This document shows positions 17,201-24,138 of a stretch of 32,000 bases of DNA, piece by piece (within the stretch, counting starts at the first letter, position 1; every line of letters begins with the position of its first letter). The notes under the pieces were generated by a model. That model ran no database searches, was not told the origin of the DNA, and worked only from the letters and a program-made list of their open reading frames with translations. The position numbers were made by a program, and so were the translations under genes. This stretch comes from an archaeon (lineage in GTDB: Archaea; Iainarchaeota; Iainarchaeia; Iainarchaeales; JANQMZ01), in contig JANQMZ010000007.1 of the NCBI GenBank assembly GCA_028279805.1, forward strand, positions 510,001 through 542,000. Reading direction: 5' to 3'.

Positions 17201-17605
17201 GATTCAATGGAGGAAAAAATTTCAAGCCAGGCTGCTTTGCAGGTAAAAATAAAAGCAGTTGAAGGAAAAGATTCAATTGAAAAAGTTTTAATTAACCATT
17301 TTTTGCCTGACATTATCGGGAACGCCAGGTCTTTCTGCAAACAAAAATTCAGATGCACAAATTGTCAGGCAAAATACAGGCGTTTGCCGTTAACAGGAAA
17401 ATGTTCACAGTGTGACAAGGGAAACATAATTTTAACAATTGCACAGGGTTCTATCAGAAAATATTTGCCTTTAACAAAACAAATAACAAAACAATATGAG
17501 TTAAGCTCTTATTTAAAACAAAGAATTGATTTAATTGAAGAAGAAATTGATTCAATTTTTACAAATGAAAAAGCAACTCAAAAATCTTTAAGCGAATTTG
17601 CATAA
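14246..17605 (+). CDS. dp2: DNA polymerase II (PolD) large catalytic subunit DP2
   Basis: 1119-aa ORF with LGLAPHTSAAIIGRIIGY and the catalytic-centre-like KRRNADGDQD. It has the C-terminal zinc motif CTNCQAKYRRLPLTGKCSQC. GAGGAATAAAAA precedes the ATG, 3 nt after the dp1 stop. The motifs are contiguous and the length is normal, so there is no intein. Confidence 0.92.
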   Translation: MKQTNPFETNVNAEQHIQNYYKQIEKKAEKQFNIATKAKEKGFDISKEVETLPTSDLADRTEAIIGPKGIAKRYREVLKQKKDRMETIFQIFEEILKQKWVKIPNEEKRIEQAIKTSVVLNTEGVVVAPIDGVPKIKISKNNDGSEYLDIYYAGPIRGAGGTSMVLPLILGDYARQFFNLSKFKPSEDEVERIVEECSAYEEIFSRQYKLTDEEVRKVVRGCPVSINGEPTEEKEVSVNRDIARVPHNRIRGGMCLVIAEGVAQKAKKVLSFAKMLDLDWSWLEDIITIEKQTGSQEIKANDKYLTGTAAGRPIFGYPSRAGSFRLRYGRTRGMGIMGKAIHPATMYALDEFAAIGTQLRVERPGKAASISACDSINGPIIRLKNGDVVKFDSAQKVIEEKNNFDKILFLGDMLVCYGDFKQSVEKLAPPGYNEEWWQKELQKSKAKGKLAEKVLENSDNLDAFEAVELSEKFKIPLHPKFTPFYSLLELQELKILEEYLKKAEKKEKNGKITGLKIEKNEEIKKILEKIGLEHKNLDKILIEEKMAFALLKTFGFIKGKKLDYEKENENILKILSNASGIMIRNTAGSFIGARMGRPEASTPRTMKGNPHVLFPIGNFGGNTRSITKAIDVINTNKKPLFVEVKNYFSEEDEKILPIPSHPVSKKRNVPLKKDKTEKLEVNLPWLFENASKNLAIKTPELVKGVRGLISEEKAAEPLEKGIIRAKHGVHVFKDGTIRYELINNPLTHFKPNETGTSIEKLKELGYEKDIFGNSLENDEQVVELLPQDIIVHHEAGDFMVKVSKFVDDLLERFYGLQKYYNAKTREDLIGELVLGLAPHTSAAIIGRIIGYSEGRACFAHPYFHQTKRRNADGDQDSVTLLMDGLINFSQSYLAESRGGRMDAPLVFTIALDPNEIDDEVYKMDVVWDYPLEFYEKALEFSPPELDFIETVNSRLNTKKQYSDFGFTHKVTRFDAGPTSSKYVQLDSMEEKISSQAALQVKIKAVEGKDSIEKVLINHFLPDIIGNARSFCKQKFRCTNCQAKYRRLPLTGKCSQCDKGNIILTIAQGSIRKYLPLTKQITKQYELSSYLKQRIDLIEEEIDSIFTNEKATQKSLSEFA

Positions 17606-17618
17606 AATTAGAAAAAAC

Positions 17619-17642
17619 ACAGGAAATTGGTTTTATTCCTGT
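17619..17642. terminator. hairpin between convergent dp2 and sepF (ACAGGAA / 10-nt loop / TTCCTGT) flanked by an A-run and a T-rich run
   Basis: Read directly: aaaaaac ACAGGAA attggtttta TTCCTGT attcttctttt. On either strand it reads as a stem followed by a T-rich tract. The right arm overlaps the last sepF codons. Confidence 0.35.
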
Positions 17643-17995
17643 ATTCTTCTTTTGATTATTTTGACTCTTTGAGGCGTTAAAAGAATTCTGTCATGGGAAA
17701 TTCTTGCAATGTCCCCGTCAATTGAATCAACCTCAGTTTTTAACCCTTTAACCAATTCTGTTAATCTTAAAGAGTTTCTTTTGGCTAATCCTTCAATATT
17801 CAAAAGAATTATGTTTCCCTCTTTTAACTCTCCTACAACTGTGTCCGCGTCTTCTTTGCTTCCCAAAACCAATGGTTTTACAAAAGCGTCAGCGTCTTCA
17901 TATTGTGTTTCATCCTCAACATCCAAACTGTTCAAGAATTCTTCCATGTCCACGCTGCCTTGTCCGGCGAAAACTTTCTCCATAAAGCTCAACAT
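17633..17995 (-). CDS. sepF: SepF-like cell division protein (DUF552)
   Basis: 120-aa ORF with an acidic N-terminal half, then the VKPLVL...ELKEGNIILLNIEGL...DGDIARISHDRILLTP pattern typical of archaeal SepF. Confidence 0.75.
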   Translation of the reverse strand: MLSFMEKVFAGQGSVDMEEFLNSLDVEDETQYEDADAFVKPLVLGSKEDADTVVGELKEGNIILLNIEGLAKRNSLRLTELVKGLKTEVDSIDGDIARISHDRILLTPQRVKIIKRRIQE

Positions 17996-18101
17996 ATCAC
18001 CCCTGTTTTAAAAGCTTAATAAAAATTGCCTCATAACTTATTTTAAAACTTTATGCTGGGCGTTTTAAAGCAAAAAAAAGCGTAATTATATTTTAATCTT
18101 A
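17996..18101. promoter_or_regulatory. divergent sepF / cdc6 promoter region and candidate replication-origin-proximal spacer
   Basis: 106-bp AT-rich spacer with TATA-like boxes (taataaaaatt at 18019-18029, ttatatttta at 18086-18095) and three to four TTTTAAA cores. Its position directly upstream of orc1/cdc6 and next to polD is the classical euryarchaeal oriC neighbourhood. I could not find a clear ORB dyad. Confidence 0.35.
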
Positions 18102-19331
18102 ATGGTGGGAAAGATTTCTATGACAAAAAATTCTAACATTTTTCAGGGAGAATTAAGCAAAAGCACGGTTTTTTTGAATAAAGATATTATTACGCCTCAT
18201 TATATGCCCAAAAAACTGCCTTTCAGGGAAAAACAAATAGAGGAAATGGTTTCATCTTTAAGCAATTCTTTAAAAAATCAGAAATCTGACAATTTGTTCA
18301 TTTATGGAAAAACAGGAACAGGGAAAACAAGCACAACAAGATTTGTTTTAAACCAGTTAAAAAATTTTGCAGAAGAACAAAAAGCTTCAATAGAAACAGT
18401 TTATGTTAATTGCAGGAATTATAACAGCAAATATAAAGTTTTAAGCAAAATTATTGCCAATTTTTACCCTGAAAAAGAATTCACAGGATTTTCAAGCAGT
18501 TTTGTTTACGAAAAAATGACAAATTTTGTGGAAGAAAACAACACACAGTTAATTATTGCACTGGATGAAATTGACAAACTAAAAGAATTAGATGACTTAA
18601 TTTATTCACTGACAAGAGCAAATGACGAATTAAACAAAGGAGGCATTGGTTTAATCGGAATAAGCAACCAGCTAACATTTAAAGACAAGCTTGACCCGAG
18701 AACAAAAAGTTCTTTGTGTGAAAAAGAAATGGTTTTCCCGCCATACAATGCTGAAGAAATCAGGGCAATTTTAAACGGAAGAATAAAAAAAGCATTCAAA
18801 CCTGAAACGGTTGAGGAATCCGCAATAAATCTTGCTTCAGCAATAGCTTCAAAAGAATCGGGAGATGCAAGAACTGCAGTAATGTTATTATTGAGAGCGG
18901 GAGAACAGGCTGATAAAAATAAAACAGAAAAAATTACAGACAAAGAAGTTCAGAAAGCAAGAAAAAAAGTTGAAGAGCAAATAATTTTTGACATGATATC
19001 CACATTACCGGAACAAGAACAACTTGTTTTGTATACAATAGCAAATTTAACAATTCACACAAAAGGAGTTAAAAGGCTTGGAAAAGAAAATGAAAAAGCA
19101 ATGCTTTTATCAGGGGAAATTTATGACGAATACAACAAAATGGCTAAAAATTTTGAAGAAAAACCGGTCAGCCAAAAATGGTTCGGGCAATATTTAACAG
19201 AATTAAACATGTACGGCCTGATAAACAGCACAATAAGTGGGAAAGGGCAGAGAGGAACAGCCAGAATAATACAGCTGGTTTTTGACCCTGTTCAGATAAA
19301 AAAAACAATTGAAAAAGAATTAAACCGTTAA
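18102..19331 (+). CDS. cdc6: Orc1/Cdc6 replication initiator (AAA+ with C-terminal winged helix)
   Basis: 409-aa ORF with Walker A IYGKTGTGKTS, Walker B IIALDEID and sensor region SGDARTA. The start is ambiguous between ATG 18102 and ATG 18120 (MTKNSNIF...). The latter has GGTGG 11 nt upstream and a TATA-like box about 25-34 nt upstream. Confidence 0.9.
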   Translation: MVGKISMTKNSNIFQGELSKSTVFLNKDIITPHYMPKKLPFREKQIEEMVSSLSNSLKNQKSDNLFIYGKTGTGKTSTTRFVLNQLKNFAEEQKASIETVYVNCRNYNSKYKVLSKIIANFYPEKEFTGFSSSFVYEKMTNFVEENNTQLIIALDEIDKLKELDDLIYSLTRANDELNKGGIGLIGISNQLTFKDKLDPRTKSSLCEKEMVFPPYNAEEIRAILNGRIKKAFKPETVEESAINLASAIASKESGDARTAVMLLLRAGEQADKNKTEKITDKEVQKARKKVEEQIIFDMISTLPEQEQLVLYTIANLTIHTKGVKRLGKENEKAMLLSGEIYDEYNKMAKNFEEKPVSQKWFGQYLTELNMYGLINSTISGKGQRGTARIIQLVFDPVQIKKTIEKELNR

Positions 19332-22300
19332 GCCCCGCAAAGCCATTCATCTTTATCAGAAGCCGAATCAGCTATACTGTTTATCAAAGCCTGCTTATTC
19401 CAGTAATAAATATAATCATCAGTTTCCTGTTCCTGAATTACACAAAGTTTGCCGTCAGAAATTTGGGTTAAAAGATTTTCAAGAGTTTGAACTTTGAATT
19501 CTTCAGAATCAAAACCAGGGTTACCGGAACATTCATTTTGAACTGAAACAAGGTCATCATGAGCTGCATAAAACACTGAAGCTGATTTCAATTCATCATT
19601 TTCTCTGCCGGTTACATTTTCAAAAGTAAGACCAAAACCTGTTGAAGCACATGAAAGGGTGCCAGGTTTTGAGTCAGGTTTGCCTGAAAATAATCCTGAA
19701 CCGTACAAGTCTTTGCATTTACTTTCCCCGCCGGTTGCCCCCAAAGCAGTCCAGTTCAAAGCATAATCGTTTTTGCCTTCAAAAGTTTCAGTTCCGTTTA
19801 TTATTAAATTGTAAAACATTTCCGCTTTCTCATTTTCCACTTTTGCTGTTCCAAGAACAGGCAAAGCTTTTGTCGGTGAAAATTCCATAACAGTTGAGGA
19901 ATCATCAATTCTCAAAACAACGCCTGAATCATCATAATTAAAATGATTCAAAGAATCATAAACTTTTGTAAAAACACTGCCCCTTGTACCGGAATCAACT
20001 TCAGCACGAACATCAGAACTTACTTCAACAATGTTTTCATTAACCCCGAAATTGAAAGCCAGACCATAACCTGCCCTTGAATCTCCAATTCCAAGTTCTC
20101 CGTCAAAAGGAATTTCATACAACGGATTTGCAGGTGCGCCTGCAATTTTTTGCATTTCAACAGTTATATTTGACACAGGTTCACCCTGAGAATCAAAAAA
20201 AGCATTATTATAATTTTGAACATTTAAAATAATTTTGTATTTGCCGGCGTCAAACGAATTGGGTTCAAATGAAAGTTTTTCGGAATCCAGCAAATATTTG
20301 TGCCATTTTTCATTATATGATTCATCAGATTTTAAGCCACGGTAAACAGCGTCAAAATCCTGCCTAAAATCATCTGAAACTGCATCTTTCATTAAAAATG
20401 CAGTGAAAGGCATTTCAATATCAGCTTCAGGCTGGCCATCCAGTAATTCAAGCCTGTTAAGCAATGCAATTGCAAACTGTGTTGAATCACAATATGAAAC
20501 ATTTTGCAATAAAGCATCTTCTGATAACTGCTGGCCACAATTGTTTGTTTTTGAAATAATGTCAGCAAACCCGATTTCATTATAATTCCATGAATAAAAC
20601 AGGTCAGGTTTTGCATCTTCCCCTGTAAAACCTGTTTGCCCGTTAGGCAAAGTGCATTCATCCTGTGTCACAGCTGTTTCTTCAACAAGCAGCTTAAAAT
20701 TCATGTACTCTGTTTTTTTAACAGCAGATGAAAAATGCAAAACATCTGAAACGGAATTTGAAATATTAAAATTTCCGCCCGCATCAACAAAACTATAATT
20801 AACAGTCAAACTTATATCAAAAGGTTCAGGACCAGAATTTTCACTGTAATCCGCAGACATTCTTATAATCATGGAATCCTGAGGCAAAACTTTGTTTGCT
20901 CCGTCCAGGTCAGGAAACTCACATTCTAATCCAAACTGGTCACAGTTATGGGAAACTGAATCAATTTGAACAGTTCCTTCGTTCAAATTTTCAGGGTTTA
21001 TTTTTTCCAGATTCCAGAAAGTCCAGACCAAAACTGTTTTATCGGTTGGATTTGGCAAAGGCACAACTTTTTTGCCCGGAGCAGTTAAAGCGGTTGTTCC
21101 CGGCAATCCAATTGTAATATTCTGAGAATCTTCATGCTGTTCTGCCGCTTTGTCATTAGCTGTAAGATTCACAGCGTAAACTCCTGCAGCATCGTAAACA
21201 TGGTCAACTGAAAACTCGTTATTTGCATTTAGTGTTAAAGAACCTGAATTTGTTCCGTCACCAAAATCGAGAACACATGAATCAAGTGAATTCCCTGAAA
21301 CAACACAGGCATTGGCTGAATCATTATCAGCATCATTACAGCTTCCCGTAAAAGTAACGGTTTCATTAACCTCAAATTCAGGCACCAAAAACTGGAACAA
21401 ATCGGCAACCGGCATGTTGTTTGGCGGGGTAACCAAAAGCTTTACAGTATCCTCAACAAAAGCATCAGATGAATCTTTTGATGTTAAAACAACATCATAT
21501 TCACATTCAGGAGAATCTGAAAAAGCATGGGTTGTTGTTGCATCACACTGTGTTCCATCAGTATTTAAGCATTCTGAAGACAACAATTCCTGGGTTGTTC
21601 CGTCACCAAAATCAATATTGCATGAAACCAAGTCCTTGTTAACAGTTTCAGAGCATTTGGCATTAAAAGTCACATCAGTGTCCGGTCTTACGGATGCCTG
21701 TTCATCCTGTTCCTGACCTGAAGCATCTGTTGCTTTCAAATCAGATTCCAAAATGTTTCCCTGTTTTTGTTTTATTGTAAAATTAACATGCTCTGTCCAG
21801 GTAAAAGAACCTGAATTTTCTGATGAATTTGAACTGCTGTGCTCTTTTGCAAATTCTAAAGATAAAGGATGTTCTGAGTCATCAGCAGGGTTTGCAAAGC
21901 TGAAAACATGTTCAAAATTTTTTCTTCCAAAACACAAATTGTGGCCATTAGGAGTTGTTAGTTCTGGTCCAGAGCAATCCCATTCCAGTTTACCCAGACC
22001 TGAATTGTTTCCGGAACTGTTTGCAACCTCGCTTGAATCAAGTTTTAATCTCAGCAAAGGGTCAGTTGTTTTCATTTCAGCTCCGACAATATCCGGAACA
22101 GAGTAAAGCTCCTCATTTGTCAAACCGGAACAAGCATTTTCACAAACTCCTGAAACATTTGAAGAATCGCAAGTGTTTTCACGGTCCAGCGGATCCGTTC
22201 CTCCAGCTGACGCTTTCCAGTAATCACTTTCTTCACTGTTGCACATAATATTGTTTTCCAATTTGAAGGATGTGTTTCCACTGCCACTGCTTTCAACACC

Positions 22301-23617
22301 ATAAAAAAAATCAAGAATTTTGTTATTTTGAATTTTCATATCAGGAATAGAATCGCCGTGAATAACGGTTATTCCGTGAGGAGAATCATCTGTTTGTTCC
22401 TGGTTAAACAAAACATTATCTTTAACTGTTGTAAAAGGAGCCCAAGCAGCAATTCCTTGTACCCTAAAAGGCCCTTTTAACAGATTGTTTTGAATAAAAT
22501 TTGTTTTATTTATCTCTGACTCTGATCCTGAAAATATTATTCCCCGTCCCATTTTTTCCCGCCAAAATACGTCATTGGACAAAATTGTATTATTGGAAAC
22601 TTCATTTCCATTCGCCCCGACATTTCCGGTGACATTTCCGGTGGACACGCGAATTCCTTCATATATTGCTCCTTCAATTTCGTTATTGTAAATTTTTGAA
22701 TCAAACACCTTACTATTAATACCATAACCAAAATCGCCCTTAATTGAACAATTTGTTACGGTTGCATTTTTCATTTTTTTGACAGCCAATGCGGTATTCT
22801 GAACATCATACACTAAACCGGTTAGAATTGAATTGCCCAGACAATCCAAATTTGTTGGTAAAAATTCATCTTCTTCTCTTACAAAAAAAGTTCCAGGGTC
22901 ATTAACAGGAGAAAAACGTTCTTTTTTTACGCTGACTACTCCACCATTTCTTTCAAAATCCTCTTCCCCGACTCCCAGTTGCAAAGAATCTCTATTTCCG
23001 GTAAAAAACCCAGTAGTGTCAAAATCTTTTACAAGATAAAAAGTTTTAGGCAGATAACTTACAGGAATATCAACTCCGAATTTTTGAACGTTGTCATGCT
23101 CATCCCTTACTTTTGAGTCCCCCCACTGCCAAGGATAAGAATGATCTGTTACATGTGAAAAAGGATCATATTTTTGACCGTCTTTGTCTTCAGCCGGATT
23201 TGTGAATTCATGAAGCTTTGAACAGTTCCCGGCACGGTCAGAACAATGCTGGTGCCAGCCCGAATATGTTACAATAATATCTCCAACAGCAATATCAGAA
23301 CCGTATAATTCCACAGTATTATCCCTTAGAGGAGAATAGGTTTGCTTGTAATCAATTTTTTCAACAACAGCTTTTGAACCGTTTAAAAGCTCAATTGTAT
23401 CCCCGGCATTTATTGTGCTATTATCAGAATCCTCAGAATCATAAACCCCTATTTCATTGCCTGCAGGATCATAAAATTTGATTAAATATGAAAATGTTCC
23501 CGTGGTTGTATCCTCCAAATATAATTCCTGCTGGTCTGCATAAATAAGCTTGGCGGAAACAAAAGAAAACATCATTGAAAAACATAAAACTATGAGCAAA
23601 AATTTTTTCACATTCAT
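19328..23617 (-). CDS. giant secreted protein: signal peptide, unknown N-domain, right-handed beta-helix repeats, two PKD-like domains, about 580-aa unknown C-terminal region
   Basis: 1429-aa ORF.
- Signal peptide MNVKKFLLIVLCFSMMFSFVSA/KL.
- Parallel beta-helix-type repeats (NATVTNCSIKG..., IYNNEIEG..., VSNNTILSN..., FIQNNLLKG..., VKDNVLFN..., IQNNKILD..., LENNIMCN).
- PKD cores CNIDFGDGTTQ and CVLDFGDGTNSG...VDHVYDAAGVYAVNLTAND.
- Many Cys residues and more than 20 N-x-S/T sequons.
- No C-terminal anchor (the protein ends DKDEWLCGA). Confidence 0.8.
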   Translation of the reverse strand: MNVKKFLLIVLCFSMMFSFVSAKLIYADQQELYLEDTTTGTFSYLIKFYDPAGNEIGVYDSEDSDNSTINAGDTIELLNGSKAVVEKIDYKQTYSPLRDNTVELYGSDIAVGDIIVTYSGWHQHCSDRAGNCSKLHEFTNPAEDKDGQKYDPFSHVTDHSYPWQWGDSKVRDEHDNVQKFGVDIPVSYLPKTFYLVKDFDTTGFFTGNRDSLQLGVGEEDFERNGGVVSVKKERFSPVNDPGTFFVREEDEFLPTNLDCLGNSILTGLVYDVQNTALAVKKMKNATVTNCSIKGDFGYGINSKVFDSKIYNNEIEGAIYEGIRVSTGNVTGNVGANGNEVSNNTILSNDVFWREKMGRGIIFSGSESEINKTNFIQNNLLKGPFRVQGIAAWAPFTTVKDNVLFNQEQTDDSPHGITVIHGDSIPDMKIQNNKILDFFYGVESSGSGNTSFKLENNIMCNSEESDYWKASAGGTDPLDRENTCDSSNVSGVCENACSGLTNEELYSVPDIVGAEMKTTDPLLRLKLDSSEVANSSGNNSGLGKLEWDCSGPELTTPNGHNLCFGRKNFEHVFSFANPADDSEHPLSLEFAKEHSSSNSSENSGSFTWTEHVNFTIKQKQGNILESDLKATDASGQEQDEQASVRPDTDVTFNAKCSETVNKDLVSCNIDFGDGTTQELLSSECLNTDGTQCDATTTHAFSDSPECEYDVVLTSKDSSDAFVEDTVKLLVTPPNNMPVADLFQFLVPEFEVNETVTFTGSCNDADNDSANACVVSGNSLDSCVLDFGDGTNSGSLTLNANNEFSVDHVYDAAGVYAVNLTANDKAAEQHEDSQNITIGLPGTTALTAPGKKVVPLPNPTDKTVLVWTFWNLEKINPENLNEGTVQIDSVSHNCDQFGLECEFPDLDGANKVLPQDSMIIRMSADYSENSGPEPFDISLTVNYSFVDAGGNFNISNSVSDVLHFSSAVKKTEYMNFKLLVEETAVTQDECTLPNGQTGFTGEDAKPDLFYSWNYNEIGFADIISKTNNCGQQLSEDALLQNVSYCDSTQFAIALLNRLELLDGQPEADIEMPFTAFLMKDAVSDDFRQDFDAVYRGLKSDESYNEKWHKYLLDSEKLSFEPNSFDAGKYKIILNVQNYNNAFFDSQGEPVSNITVEMQKIAGAPANPLYEIPFDGELGIGDSRAGYGLAFNFGVNENIVEVSSDVRAEVDSGTRGSVFTKVYDSLNHFNYDDSGVVLRIDDSSTVMEFSPTKALPVLGTAKVENEKAEMFYNLIINGTETFEGKNDYALNWTALGATGGESKCKDLYGSGLFSGKPDSKPGTLSCASTGFGLTFENVTGRENDELKSASVFYAAHDDLVSVQNECSGNPGFDSEEFKVQTLENLLTQISDGKLCVIQEQETDDYIYYWNKQALINSIADSASDKDEWLCGA
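21250..21613 (-). repeat. internal domain duplication: 19-nt exact repeat marking two tandem PKD cores
   Basis: ttgttccgtcaccaaaatc occurs at 21250-21268 and again at 21595-21613 on the plus strand, encoding DFGDGT on the minus strand. The copies are 345 nt (115 codons) apart. Confidence 0.7.
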
Positions 23618-24138
23618 TTCATTTCACCTTTTTTTGTAGGATGCTTGCCTGTAATCGCTTTTAACTTTTTGTCTTTGCCTCTGCCAAAAACAAACACAAT
23701 TAGAACAATTAAAACAGCTAAAATTATTAAAATGTTTAAAGGGGATAAAAGGTTTGGTGTTGTTGTGGCCATGCCACTGTTTTCACCATGCCTTGCTAAA
23801 TTAAAATAAATTTTGGGATTCTGAAAGCCTGTTTTTTTGTTGTTAAAAATTAAAGCATATTCTCCCGGTTCAAGGGAAATGCTTTGAGAAAAACTTGTCG
23901 TGTTTTCAATGCTTTGTTCAAAAACCTGGTTATTTTCAGAATCCAGAATAAAAAAAGCTGCATTAATTGGTTCATTGTTCTGGGATGAAACACTTAAATT
24001 AAAATTTCCGGAAAAACTGCCTGAAACATTTAAACCGTTATCCTGAACAGTGAAAGGTAACACAGCATCAAAAGATTCCGCATTAACAGCTGAAAAAAGC
24101 ATGAAAAATGCCAAAATTGTGAAAATTTTTTTATTCAA
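23614..24138 (-). CDS. small bitopic surface protein (signal peptide + beta-rich ectodomain + Thr-rich linker + C-terminal TM helix + basic tail)
   Basis: 174-aa ORF beginning at TTG 24138 (TTGA overlap with the upstream stop, GGTGAGTGAT SD 6 nt upstream). The resulting N-terminus (M)NKKIFTILAFFMLFSAVNA/ES is a textbook signal peptide. The C-terminus is ATTTPNLLSPLNILIILAVLIVLIVFVFGRGKDKK.... Confidence 0.7.
   Translation of the reverse strand: MNKKIFTILAFFMLFSAVNAESFDAVLPFTVQDNGLNVSGSFSGNFNLSVSSQNNEPINAAFFILDSENNQVFEQSIENTTSFSQSISLEPGEYALIFNNKKTGFQNPKIYFNLARHGENSGMATTTPNLLSPLNILIILAVLIVLIVFVFGRGKDKKLKAITGKHPTKKGEMK

Noticed and set aside
17671-17682. Additional copies of the GAGGC(G/A)TTAAAA box at 17671-17682 and 28212-28223, plus GGCGTTAAAAG at about 29528.
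   Set aside because: These are not followed by start codons. Two lie in minus-strand coding sequence, where the complement encodes Leu-Thr-Pro (LLTP in both SepF and Hel308). The third is part of the short hairpin after hel308. They reflect codon-usage coincidence rather than a dispersed repeat family.
12728-19331. Possible inteins or insertions in DP1, DP2, Cdc6 (and in Hel308 at 28231-30321).
   Set aside because: The lengths are typical for the families, the catalytic motifs are contiguous, and no intein block signatures (C/S...HN-C/S/T junctions with endonuclease motifs) were seen.
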